Assembly: GCA_026391215.1 (NCBI GenBank)
Contig: JAPLDX010000108.1
Coordinates: 1-44,647, forward strand
Direction of reading: 5' to 3'
DNA length: 44,647 nt
Source: Bacteroidia bacterium
GTDB taxonomy: Bacteria; Bacteroidota; Bacteroidia; Bacteroidales; VadinHA17
In this document: positions 1-9,392 of the stretch, piece by piece
How the letters are laid out: each line of letters starts with the position of its first letter
Numbering within the stretch: the first letter of the stretch is position 1
Position numbers and translations under genes: made by a program
The notes under the pieces: model-generated
What the model was told of the DNA's origin: nothing
The model's database searches: none
Seen by the model: only the letters and a program-made list of their open reading frames with translations

Positions 1-348
1 CAGATGGCTCACACCTTCCTTCTCAGCATTTTTTATTGAGAGCTCTACCATATCATGATTATATTCAATGCCGACAGCATAGGCGCCTCTTTTAGCAGCT
101 GAGATAACGGTCCGGCCATCTCCTGATCCCAGGTCTACAACAAAGTCTTCATGAGTAACTCCGGCCATTGAGAGCATTGTATCGACAAGCTCCTGGGGAG
201 TCGGAACCCAGACCACATCTTTCCCCGGTTGTCCTATTTCCGGCACATATCCAATGTCTGACTGATCATTCTGTGCCGTCAGGGCTAATGATGCTGAAAA
301 AATAAGCAGGAGTGCTGATAAACGGGCGAATATATTATGTGATTTCAT
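1..348 (-). CDS. Class I SAM-dependent methyltransferase with N-terminal signal peptide (C-terminal part runs off the window edge)
   Basis: Not in the ORF track. Manual translation from ATG 348: MKSHNIFARLSALLLIFSASLALTAQNDQ...GQPGKDVVWVPTPQELVDTML...VVDLGSGDGRTVISAAKRGAYAVGIEYN. SAM-binding motif I (DLGSGDG); frame open to position 1. Confidence 0.85.
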   Translation of the reverse strand, partial: MKSHNIFARLSALLLIFSASLALTAQNDQSDIGYVPEIGQPGKDVVWVPTPQELVDTMLSMAGVTHEDFVVDLGSGDGRTVISAAKRGAYAVGIEYNHDMVELSIKNAEKEGVSHL

Positions 349-358
349 GGTCTTAAAA

Positions 359-1492
359 TTACCTTTTTTCTTTGGAATTAACTACAAGCTTAAGAACATA
401 ATTTGCTATTGCAATACATGATGTCAGTCCGGGAGATTCCATACCGACAAGATTTATAAATCCCCTGAAGCCGCGTGCACACTCATCCTTTATATAAAAA
501 TCCCTTATCGGGTCTCCCGGCATTTGTGTTTTGGGACGTATGCCGGCCATTTCAGGAGCAATATCATCATACTCAAGAAAAGGAAGGAATTTTCTTGCAG
601 AACTCCAGAAGGCTTCCTGCTTTGAAGGAGTAACACTGTAGTCGTATATATTTGATTCAAGGTATGTTACATCAGGCCCCAGTTTCACTCCACCCCCCAT
701 ATCAATTGTAACATGAATGCCGATACCTTCCATGTTATGATGAGGAACAGGATAAACGAGTCTCTTTATAAGACGGTTTTTTGGCGGATTTATCCTGAAA
801 TATTCCCCCTTGCAAAACCTTATTTTAAGCTTTTCATCAATGATGCCTGCCATTTCAGAGATCTTATCCGATGTCAATCCTGCTGAATTGATTACGATTC
901 CTGTAGTAAAGGTGAATTCCGCCTTGTCTGCATCCATAAGAGTGATCATGTAACCTCTTTCAATTCTCCTGATACCGGTCACCTCGCTGCTAAATACCAC
1001 CTGACCTCCATTGTTAAGAAAATTTGTTTCAAGCCGTTTCATAAGAGAATGACTATCCACTATCCCTGTTGTCGGGGAAACCAGAGCTTTCATTGCGAAG
1101 ATATTGGGTTCCATTTCCCTGATCAGATCCTTTCCCATTAAGATCAGGTCAACATCATTCTTCCGGGCAGTCTCTTTAATTCCTTCAATTACAGCAACTT
1201 CCTTTTCATCAGTGGCGACTATCAGCTTACCGCAATTATTATAAGGAATGTCATATTTCCTGCAGTAATCATATAAAAGAGTTTTCCCCTCCACACAAAG
1301 CTTCGCCTTCAGGCTTCCCTGTGGATAGTAGATCCCTGCATGTATCACTTCACTGTTTCTGCTGCTGGTCTCCTGCCCAAAGGTCGGATGTTTTTCCAGG
1401 ATGAAGACATTCCCGTACCTCTCAGAAACTTTTTCCGCGATTGCAAGGCCAATAACGCCGGCTCCGATTATCGTAATGTCAGCATCCATCAT
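359..1492 (-). CDS. FAD-dependent oxidoreductase, L-2-hydroxyglutarate oxidase (LhgO/DAO) family
   Basis: IIGAGVIG dinucleotide-binding motif, ETSSRNSEVIHAGIYY and ESPGLTS motifs typical of LhgO-like proteins. Confidence 0.85.
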   Translation of the reverse strand: MMDADITIIGAGVIGLAIAEKVSERYGNVFILEKHPTFGQETSSRNSEVIHAGIYYPQGSLKAKLCVEGKTLLYDYCRKYDIPYNNCGKLIVATDEKEVAVIEGIKETARKNDVDLILMGKDLIREMEPNIFAMKALVSPTTGIVDSHSLMKRLETNFLNNGGQVVFSSEVTGIRRIERGYMITLMDADKAEFTFTTGIVINSAGLTSDKISEMAGIIDEKLKIRFCKGEYFRINPPKNRLIKRLVYPVPHHNMEGIGIHVTIDMGGGVKLGPDVTYLESNIYDYSVTPSKQEAFWSSARKFLPFLEYDDIAPEMAGIRPKTQMPGDPIRDFYIKDECARGFRGFINLVGMESPGLTSCIAIANYVLKLVVNSKEKR

Positions 1493-1631
1493 TTACATAT
1501 TTCAGAATCAGGTATAATAATTTATCAGTGATAAACCCGATGCCAAAAATAATCTAAATAGATCATCAATCAATAATCCTGATTATTTTCAATGAAAACT
1601 TCTAACTTTAAGTTTTTAACGGATTGAAATA

Positions 1632-3749
1632 ATGACTAAAAACCTTCCGCTTCTTTTTCTGGTTGTATCTTCTTTATTTTATGTTAGTTGTGATCAAAAT
1701 GTCAATATTGACCGGCATGCGCTGGTAACCCGGCACAATATTGAAAACTCTGTCGCTGACAGCCTCAGTTCATTATCGGTTGGCAATGGTGAATTTGCAT
1801 TTACTGTGGATCTTACGGGTTTGCAGACATTTCCTGAATTCTATTCAAAAGGAATTTCCATGGGGACCATGTCGAATTGGGGATGGCATACAGGAGAAAA
1901 TCCTCAGAACTATAAATTGTCTGATGTTTACAAGACTTATGAAGTACATGGCAGGCCGGTTGAATATGTTCACCAGTTCAGAACCGGAGACGACAGCATA
2001 AAAGTGGCGGCCTCCGACTGGCTCAGGGCTAATCCGCATCGCATTCACCTGGGAATGATCGGATTGCAGATCATTAAGGAAAATGGCACTGAAGTTACTA
2101 TTGACGATATACGGGGAAATGTGCAGAGACTCGATCTCTGGACCGGAGAAATTGAAAGCAGGTTTATCGTGGAAGGTATACCAGTGGTTGTCAGAACTGT
2201 CTGTCATCCGGAAAAGGACCAGATCTCAACCATTATTAAATCTGAGCTTATAGAGAAGAAAAGGCTGAAGATCAAAATCAGCTTTCCACTTGGCACTCCA
2301 CAACCTAACGGTTATGATTTTACTCAGCCAGATAAGCACAGTACAAAAATCTTATCGGGAAATGCAGATGAAACTTTATTCGAAAGGAAGCAGGATAATG
2401 ACCTCTATTATGTAAAGGTTTTACACAGGAATGGGACCATCAAAGAGACAGCAAAACACTCTTATATTATCGAACCGCCCGGTGAATCAGATTTTGAATT
2501 CTCATGCAGATTCAGTAAAGAGCTTATTGACAGTTCACTGGAGGATTTTACAGCTACACAGGAGTCATGCAGGATAAGCTGGCAGAATTTCTGGACAACC
2601 GGTGGAGCGGTCGATTTTTCAGACTGTACCGATCCAAGAGCTCTGGAGCTTGAAAGAAGAGTAATATTGTCGCAATATCTTACCAGGATCCAGTGCAGCG
2701 GCTCTTTCCCCCCGGCAGAAACAGGGCTTACCTACAACAGCTGGTTCGGAAAGTTTCACCTTGAGATGCACTGGTGGCATGGTGTCCATTTTGCCCTGTG
2801 GCAGCGTCAGGAGGTTCTGGAAAAACAGATGGATTATTATTTCAGGATCTTTGAAAATGCCAGTCAGACAGCGTTGCATCAGGGCTATAAAGGAGCAAGG
2901 TGGCCAAAGATGACAGATCCCTCCGGAAGGGAAAGCCCTAGTACAGTAGGTACCTACCTGATTTGGCAGCAACCTCACCCCTTGTTTTATGCAGAACTGC
3001 TTTATGAGAATGCAGAGAACAAGAAAGAAATATTGAATAAGTACAAGGATATTGTCTTTTCCACAGCAGAATTCATGTCATCCTATTCTTGGTACGATAG
3101 CATTGCCGGCCGGTATATTCTGGGACCCGTTTTGATCCCGGCACAAGAATCGCTGAACAGAGAGACTACAATTAATCCTGTATTTGAGCTCGTATATTGG
3201 TACTGGGGACTGAAAACAGCACAGGAATGGAGACGACGTCTGGGCATGGAACCTGAACCCCTATGGGCTGATATCATAAAAAAGCTCTCCCCGCTTCCTG
3301 TTATGGATGGACTTTACCTTTGCTCTGAGGATACAAAAGACTCATACAATAATACAAGGTATATGAGCGATCATCCTATAGTCTCCGGGATATTTGGAGT
3401 CCTTCCTGAAACAAAGCTTGTTGATAAAAAAATACTTGGCAATTCCCTGGATACTATTTATGCGAAATGGAACTGGGCATCTACATGGGGGTGGGATTTC
3501 CCAATGCTGGCGATGTCAGCCGCTTCGATTGGAAGAAGTGAACAGGCAATTGATTTTCTCATGATGGATGCACCAAAGAACCGGTATTTAATGAATGGAC
3601 ATAATTACCAGGATGCGAGACTGGCGATATATTTGCCTGGGAATGGAGGATTGTTAACTGCGGTTGCAAGGATGTGCGTTGAAGATAAGTTCCCGGATAA
3701 CGGAAAATGGAAGGTTAAATGGGAAAATCTGAATGATTTCGTAAAGTGA
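1632..3749 (+). CDS. Lipoprotein glycoside hydrolase, six-hairpin (alpha/alpha)6 type (often annotated GH65-like), substrate unknown
   Basis: Lipobox-like YVSC; LSVGNGEFAFTVDLTGLQT, ETGLTYNSWFGKFHLEMHWWH, WGWDFPM and YLPGNGGLL motifs reminiscent of GH65/GH95-fold enzymes. Confidence 0.65.
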   Translation: MTKNLPLLFLVVSSLFYVSCDQNVNIDRHALVTRHNIENSVADSLSSLSVGNGEFAFTVDLTGLQTFPEFYSKGISMGTMSNWGWHTGENPQNYKLSDVYKTYEVHGRPVEYVHQFRTGDDSIKVAASDWLRANPHRIHLGMIGLQIIKENGTEVTIDDIRGNVQRLDLWTGEIESRFIVEGIPVVVRTVCHPEKDQISTIIKSELIEKKRLKIKISFPLGTPQPNGYDFTQPDKHSTKILSGNADETLFERKQDNDLYYVKVLHRNGTIKETAKHSYIIEPPGESDFEFSCRFSKELIDSSLEDFTATQESCRISWQNFWTTGGAVDFSDCTDPRALELERRVILSQYLTRIQCSGSFPPAETGLTYNSWFGKFHLEMHWWHGVHFALWQRQEVLEKQMDYYFRIFENASQTALHQGYKGARWPKMTDPSGRESPSTVGTYLIWQQPHPLFYAELLYENAENKKEILNKYKDIVFSTAEFMSSYSWYDSIAGRYILGPVLIPAQESLNRETTINPVFELVYWYWGLKTAQEWRRRLGMEPEPLWADIIKKLSPLPVMDGLYLCSEDTKDSYNNTRYMSDHPIVSGIFGVLPETKLVDKKILGNSLDTIYAKWNWASTWGWDFPMLAMSAASIGRSEQAIDFLMMDAPKNRYLMNGHNYQDARLAIYLPGNGGLLTAVARMCVEDKFPDNGKWKVKWENLNDFVK

Positions 3750-3771
3750 TTTTCAATTTAAATATTTAAAA

Positions 3772-4530
3772 ATGAAAATAATTGCTGCATGTTTCCTGTT
3801 ATTATTAATTACCGGTTGTGTTAATGATAAAGAAGAGCCATGGAATCTTGTATGGTCAGACGAGTTTGATATTCCCGGATTGCCTGATACGGCAAACTGG
3901 AATTATGAGGTCGGTTATATCGCCAATAACGAACTTCAGTACTATACACCAGGGCGGCTTGAAAATTGTGTTGTCAGCAATGGGAACCTTCTCATTATAG
4001 GAAGGAAGGAACCATGGGACTGGGCAAATTATACATCAGCGAGGCTTAATACCGACAGAAAACACAGCTGGACTTACGGGAAGTTTGACGCCGGTATCAG
4101 GCTGCCGGAAGGACAGGGAATGTGGCCGGCGTTCTGGATGCTGGGGCAGAATATTCACAAGGAAGGATGGCCTAAGTGCGGAGAGATAGATATTATGGAA
4201 CATATTAACAATGAAGATATTCTTTATGGCACACTTCACTGGTATAATGATAAACATGTTATGAATGGAGACAAAACACCCTGCGATGTGACAAAATACC
4301 ATAATTACTCAGTGGAGTGGGATCGGGATTCAATAAAATGGTTCCTTGACGGGAAACAATATCATCAGGTTGCTATCAGCGACTCGGCAAACAGTACCTC
4401 TGAATTTCATAAACCATTCTATATCATCTTTAACCTGGCGATAGGAGGAGACTGGCCGAAAAATCCTGATGAAACAACACAGTTCCCTGATACAATGTTT
4501 GTAGATTATGTCAGGGTTTACCAGAAATAA
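3772..4530 (+). CDS. GH16 beta-1,3-glucanase (laminarinase-like) lipoprotein
   Basis: WSDEFD, WPAFWMLG, catalytic GEIDIMEH, VDYVRVYQ; lipobox ITGC. Confidence 0.92.
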   Translation: MKIIAACFLLLLITGCVNDKEEPWNLVWSDEFDIPGLPDTANWNYEVGYIANNELQYYTPGRLENCVVSNGNLLIIGRKEPWDWANYTSARLNTDRKHSWTYGKFDAGIRLPEGQGMWPAFWMLGQNIHKEGWPKCGEIDIMEHINNEDILYGTLHWYNDKHVMNGDKTPCDVTKYHNYSVEWDRDSIKWFLDGKQYHQVAISDSANSTSEFHKPFYIIFNLAIGGDWPKNPDETTQFPDTMFVDYVRVYQK

Positions 4531-4648
4531 AAAAGTAAAGGGATCAAGGATAAAAATCGGGATGATTTTTTACACTGATTGGTTTTTTAACAGATTATTA
4601 CTAACTTTATAAGAATAGTTCTGAGGTTTCTGGACTTGCTAAAAGTAT

Positions 4649-5380
4649 ATGGGAATGAAAAAAGCTCTGATCTTTACCTGCCTCATCATATTGGTTTCCA
4701 CCTCTTTCGCACAACAGACCATCACTTCTGCCACTCTTGTGGATCCTTCATATTTTATTACTCATACCCGTGAAGAACTGGTCCGCAAGCTTGTTGATTT
4801 GCCGTGCGGGATCAAGGCTGATGACCCTATAAAAACTATCTTTCAGAAGATTGAAACATATCTTATCAACTTTAATCCTGAGCCGGAATATTCCGATGAT
4901 GCTTTTGCAAAAGCTGCAAATATGCAGGCTCTTAAAAGTGTAATGGAGGGGGGTTATGGAATTGGTTCAGTATTAGTTGACCAGGATGGAAAGATCATTG
5001 CAGCCGGGCATAATTCCCAGATGCAGAAAAATCGTTCCGACCTTCATGCCGAAATGGCTTTAATGACCAAATTCGAAAATAGTCCCAGGTCTAAAAAGTA
5101 TATGATTCATTATGTATATAAGCCGGGATTAACCGTTTTCAGCTCTGCCGAGCCATGCCCGATGTGCTTCATCAGGATAAGCACTGCAGGCTGCGATACA
5201 AAATATTGTACTCCCGGGCCGGAAGACGGAATGGTAACAAGAGTAAGCTGCCTGCCCCCTTCATGGCGGGAAATGGCATCCAAGCAGAAAGTAGAGATTG
5301 GCGACTGCTCACCAATAATGCAGAAATTATCACACCTGTTATTCTATTCTTACCTTCTTGATAACAGGGGGCCATATTAG
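4649..5380 (+). CDS. Zn-dependent nucleoside/nucleobase deaminase (CDA/TadA/guanine deaminase superfamily) with signal peptide
   Basis: HAE...EPCPMC zinc/catalytic motifs; N-terminus MKKALIFTCLIILVSTSFA-QQ. Confidence 0.8.
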   Translation: MGMKKALIFTCLIILVSTSFAQQTITSATLVDPSYFITHTREELVRKLVDLPCGIKADDPIKTIFQKIETYLINFNPEPEYSDDAFAKAANMQALKSVMEGGYGIGSVLVDQDGKIIAAGHNSQMQKNRSDLHAEMALMTKFENSPRSKKYMIHYVYKPGLTVFSSAEPCPMCFIRISTAGCDTKYCTPGPEDGMVTRVSCLPPSWREMASKQKVEIGDCSPIMQKLSHLLFYSYLLDNRGPY

Positions 5381-5449
5381 GAGGATTATCCAGACTTCAT
5401 CAAACATTTATTAATATTCCGTAATTACTTGATCTTAACTTCATAGAGA

Positions 5450-7186
5450 ATGAGAAATATTATTTTATTCATACTGGTCCTGTTTTTTGGAATCGGATCA
5501 GGTTGTATACAGGATTCAAATTCTGACTTAACGAAATTGCCGGTAAAATTCAATTATCCGTCACTTGGTGAAAATGTCTTTGTATTTGATCCGGAAATGG
5601 ATATGAAAGAGATCCAGATAGTACTTGATACTATCTTTGCGAGACAATCTGCACGAAGGAGCGAATTCACCACAAACAGGTATGCGCTTCTTTTCAAGCC
5701 GGGAAAATATGAACTTGATGTGAAGGTGGGATACTACATGCAGATACTCGGTCTGGGCGAATCGCCTGAAGATGTGGTTATTACAGGAGCAGTGCGATCT
5801 AATTCCCGGGGAAACAGCGTGCTGGTCAATTTCTGGAGAGGAGTAGAAAACCTGACAATAGTGCCTGCAGTGGATACCACAGTAACCTGGGGTGTATCAC
5901 AGGCAGCGCCTATGAGGAGAGTATATATCAAGGGGAACATGAACCTGTTTGATAAAGGCTATGCAAGCGGCGGATTTCTTGCCGATTCAAAAATTGAAGG
6001 GAGGGTAGCTTCAGGTCCGCAGCAGCAGTGGTTTTCGAGGAACACCCAATGGGGAGAATGGATTGGAGGCAACTGGAACATGATGTTCGTTGGAGTTCCT
6101 GATGCACCCGAAGAAGACTGGCCTGCAAAACCTTATACAACAATTAATAAAACGCCTGTAATCCGCGAAAAGCCTTATCTGACAATTAACAAAAAAGGAT
6201 TCAACGTGAATATGCCTGAACTGAAGTTGAATTCTTCGGGTCCGGGCTGGGTAGACAATACGGACAACAAAACAGTATTGCAGCTGAAAAAGTTCTATAT
6301 AGTCAGACCTGATAATGATAATTCGGAGTCGATAAACGCAGCATTAAGAAAGGGAAAGAACCTGTTATTCACTCCCGGCATCTATTCACTTTCTGAAGCC
6401 CTTAAGGTGACACGGAAGGGCACAGTAATCATAGGGCTTGGAATGCCGTCACTGGAACCTCTGAACGGTAATTCAGTGATGGATATTTCTGATGTTGATG
6501 GAGTTACTATCAGCGGAATTCTACTTGATGCCGGATTGAAAAGGTCGGAGGCACTGATGGAGGTAGGAGAACCTGGTTCACCTGATTCACATGCTGCTGA
6601 TCCGACTTTCCTGTTTGACGTGTTTGTAAGGATAGGCGGTCCACATGAAGGATCTGTAAAAAGCGCCATAGTTATAAACAGCAAAAACGTAATCGTTGAT
6701 CATATCTGGCTGTGGAGGGCAGATCATGGAAACGGAGTAGGGTGGGAGAAAAACTGGTGTGCCAACGGGCTGGTAGTCAATGGAGATGATGTATTGATTT
6801 ATGGTCTTTTCAATGAGCATAATCAGGAGTACCAGACAGTCTGGAACGGCAATGGAGGCAGGGTTTATTTCTATCAGAGCGAAATGCCATATGATCCTCC
6901 CACAGCAGATGCCTGGAAACATGACGGAATAAACGGGTATGCCTCTTATAAAGTTGCAGATCACGTAAAGACACACGAAGCCTGGGGAGTGGGTATTTAT
7001 AATGTCTTTTACCAGGCTCCGGTAATTGTTGATAATGCCATTGAAACACCTGCTGCGCTTGAGGACAAGATCCATCATAAGATTATTTTCTGGCTGAACG
7101 GGAACTCAGACAGCGAGGTAAGAAGCATAATCAATGGCAAGGGTGGTCCTGTTAATCAGTCAGTGAGAAAAGCTACATTAAAATAA
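5450..7186 (+). CDS. GH55 exo-beta-1,3-glucanase lipoprotein (bacterial Lam55-type)
   Basis: RYALLFKPG, NFWRGVEN, WGVSQAAPMRR, SGPQQQW, WLWRADHG and FYQSEMPY motifs; lipobox GSGC. Confidence 0.85.
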   Translation: MRNIILFILVLFFGIGSGCIQDSNSDLTKLPVKFNYPSLGENVFVFDPEMDMKEIQIVLDTIFARQSARRSEFTTNRYALLFKPGKYELDVKVGYYMQILGLGESPEDVVITGAVRSNSRGNSVLVNFWRGVENLTIVPAVDTTVTWGVSQAAPMRRVYIKGNMNLFDKGYASGGFLADSKIEGRVASGPQQQWFSRNTQWGEWIGGNWNMMFVGVPDAPEEDWPAKPYTTINKTPVIREKPYLTINKKGFNVNMPELKLNSSGPGWVDNTDNKTVLQLKKFYIVRPDNDNSESINAALRKGKNLLFTPGIYSLSEALKVTRKGTVIIGLGMPSLEPLNGNSVMDISDVDGVTISGILLDAGLKRSEALMEVGEPGSPDSHAADPTFLFDVFVRIGGPHEGSVKSAIVINSKNVIVDHIWLWRADHGNGVGWEKNWCANGLVVNGDDVLIYGLFNEHNQEYQTVWNGNGGRVYFYQSEMPYDPPTADAWKHDGINGYASYKVADHVKTHEAWGVGIYNVFYQAPVIVDNAIETPAALEDKIHHKIIFWLNGNSDSEVRSIINGKGGPVNQSVRKATLK

Positions 7187-7246
7187 GAAAGGTGTAAATT
7201 TGACGTTATAATAATGCTTATCAAGTTTTATTTGCCCGGGGGAGCG

Positions 7247-8257
7247 ATGAAATATATTTTTGAAATATTCAGTTCATTATTTATAGTCCTTATAGCATTT
7301 CTTTTTCAGTCATGCGAAAAGAAGGAAGTTCCTGTAGTAACCACTGCAGAGGTTACAGATATTACCGGATCAGGAGCCGCATGCGGAGGGACTGTCACTG
7401 AGGAAGGCACTTCATTAGTTTATACAAGAGGTATTTGCTGGAGTACTGACAGGAATCCTTCCACAAATAACGATATAACCAATAATGGGGCAGGTTTAGG
7501 AACATATACAAGCAATATTATAGGACTGAAAGGATCTTTAACATATCATGTCAGGGCGTATGCGACTAATAGTACCGGTACAGGTTACGGTGATGAGATC
7601 AGTTTCCGGACCCCTCCACGGGATATTATCTTCAATCAGTCAATTACGTACGACAGTATATCTGATTATGATGGCAACGTTTACAGGACAGTACAGATCG
7701 GACAGCAAACCTGGATGGCTGAAAATCTGAAAGCCACTCATTATCAGGATGGAAGCGTGATCCAGAATATAAATGATCTTGGCACATGGATAACCTTATC
7801 CAGTGGAGCTTATTGTTTTTATGAAAATGATACAATCAATAAGGATGTTTTTGGTGTGCTATACAACTGGTATGCAGTAGCTGATCAACGTAAGATCTGT
7901 CCTGCAGGATGGCACGTTTCTTCAGATGATGAGTGGACAATCCTGGATGATTATCTGGGTGGATATCATTCTGCAGGAATGAAAATGAAGGAAGTTTCAA
8001 TGAGTCATTGGACTTCTCCGAATCTTGGTGCTTCGAACGAAAGCGGATTCACTGCATTACCGGCTGGTGCCCGTCGCTGGTATTTTCAGAGTGATTTCTC
8101 CGATCTTGGAACCTATGGTGTGTTCTGGACCTCAACAGAGTACAGTTCAGATAATACGAAAGCCTCGTACCGTTATCTGTTTGCAAATTCTATTAATATA
8201 TCAGGGAGTTTTTATTTAAAAGTAACAGGATTTTCGGTGAGATGCGTGAAGGATTGA
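7247..8257 (+). CDS. FISUMP (Fibrobacter succinogenes major paralogous) domain lipoprotein with N-terminal FN3-like domain
   Basis: DYDGNVYRTVQIGQQTWMAENL, LYNWYAV, ICPAGWHV, C-terminal GFSVRCVKD; YHVRAYATN FN3-like segment. ATG 7247 gives lipobox FQSC (ORF track starts at 7214). Confidence 0.88.
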   Translation: MKYIFEIFSSLFIVLIAFLFQSCEKKEVPVVTTAEVTDITGSGAACGGTVTEEGTSLVYTRGICWSTDRNPSTNNDITNNGAGLGTYTSNIIGLKGSLTYHVRAYATNSTGTGYGDEISFRTPPRDIIFNQSITYDSISDYDGNVYRTVQIGQQTWMAENLKATHYQDGSVIQNINDLGTWITLSSGAYCFYENDTINKDVFGVLYNWYAVADQRKICPAGWHVSSDDEWTILDDYLGGYHSAGMKMKEVSMSHWTSPNLGASNESGFTALPAGARRWYFQSDFSDLGTYGVFWTSTEYSSDNTKASYRYLFANSINISGSFYLKVTGFSVRCVKD

Positions 8258-8458
8258 ATTTAAATAAAAAATGAAATAAGTTAAGTTATCGGCAAAATAT
8301 TGCTAACTTCACCGATTCAGGTATTTGTTGACTTATATAACTTTAAGTCAATTCATTTATACTCGCGAAGTATTTAATCCTGCAGGAAATAACTTGAAAT
8401 TTTACTGTGTTGTGCACAGTATTGAGATCATATTAATCTGATTAATGATTTAATATTT

Positions 8459-8755
8459 ATGGGGAACGGTAAAATTACTTATAAGAATTCAACACTGAGT
8501 AAAATCCTTTTTACTTTAAGCATAATGATATTTGTGTTTTGGTTTGTGAATTATAAGATAGATATACATAATTATGCACTGGTCGGAGCGATCTTTGATC
8601 TTCTTTGGCTTTTTATGCTGATAAAATTATGTATTATACCTGTCCTGTCGTTTATACATCTGATCAGGGAAAAGTTTAACTTCAGATCACTTCACCTTTA
8701 CACCTTCATCATTGCTGTCACAAATATTTTTCTCGCGGTGTTTATTATTAAGTAA
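8459..8755 (+). CDS. Small hypothetical membrane protein (about 3 TM)
   Basis: 98 aa, three hydrophobic stretches, AT-rich. Confidence 0.55.
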   Translation: MGNGKITYKNSTLSKILFTLSIMIFVFWFVNYKIDIHNYALVGAIFDLLWLFMLIKLCIIPVLSFIHLIREKFNFRSLHLYTFIIAVTNIFLAVFIIK

Positions 8756-8819
8756 GCTCCGGGGCTTGCTGTTTAACCAGATCAGAATTAGGCAATTGTG
8801 TTATGAGCTGTTTTTTTAG

Positions 8820-8827
8820 TATATTTG
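8820..8827 (+). promoter_or_regulatory. Bacteroidota housekeeping -7 promoter element
   Basis: TATATTTG matches TAnnTTTG and ends 4 nt before ATG 8832. Confidence 0.55.
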
Positions 8828-8831
8828 CATC

Positions 8832-9059
8832 ATGAAAAATGAAATAACTATTCCGGATCATTTTCCTGAATTAAAGGAGGAAGTTTCAAAAGCGGCTGCT
8901 AAACGCAGAGAAGCGTATTCAGTTGTCAGGGATTTACAGGCAAAGGAACAGAATGAAGCAATTGCTCTCAGACTTACAAGAGAAAAAAGGGAGCAAGAGT
9001 CAATCCAAAATGAAGTTCAAATAATCACTCCTGCCGATGAAGTGATTGACATCTCTTAA
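8832..9059 (+). CDS. Small hypothetical helical protein
   Basis: 75 aa charged ORF with its own promoter element and a downstream hairpin (9101-9124). Confidence 0.55.
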   Translation: MKNEITIPDHFPELKEEVSKAAAKRREAYSVVRDLQAKEQNEAIALRLTREKREQESIQNEVQIITPADEVIDIS

Positions 9060-9185
9060 AGAACAGAAATCCTGAATATTTTTAACATTTCAAAATAATA
9101 AAGAACTAGAAATATCTAGTCCTTTAATTGTCATTGGTCTGGAAAACCACTTGCACCTTCATTTTAACTGATCAAAAACAAATGA

Positions 9186-9255
9186 AATTCTCAGGTCTGA
9201 TTCCTCAGTGCTTGAACCATTTTTTGAGTCCAGAGCTTGCTCTGGGGTTCATACC
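9186..9255. repeat. REP/MITE-like palindromic element
   Basis: GC-rich patch in AT-rich intergenic DNA with hairpin CCAGAGC-TT-GCTCTGG (9230-9245) followed by GGTTCATACC; related near-palindrome AAGCTCCGGGGCTT at 8754-8767. Confidence 0.4.
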
Positions 9256-9326
9256 ATTTGATTATTGATGATAAATGCATATATATAAAATATTAACGAT
9301 AATAATGTGTATAATTAAAATATTAT

Positions 9327-9334
9327 TATATTTG
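9327..9334 (+). promoter_or_regulatory. Housekeeping -7 promoter element for asnA
   Basis: TATATTTG about 60 nt upstream of the asnA ATG. Confidence 0.5.
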
Positions 9335-9392
9335 CTTCATTTTAATTACGTATTATTACATTATACTTCTTTTAACTTTATAAATGTAAATC

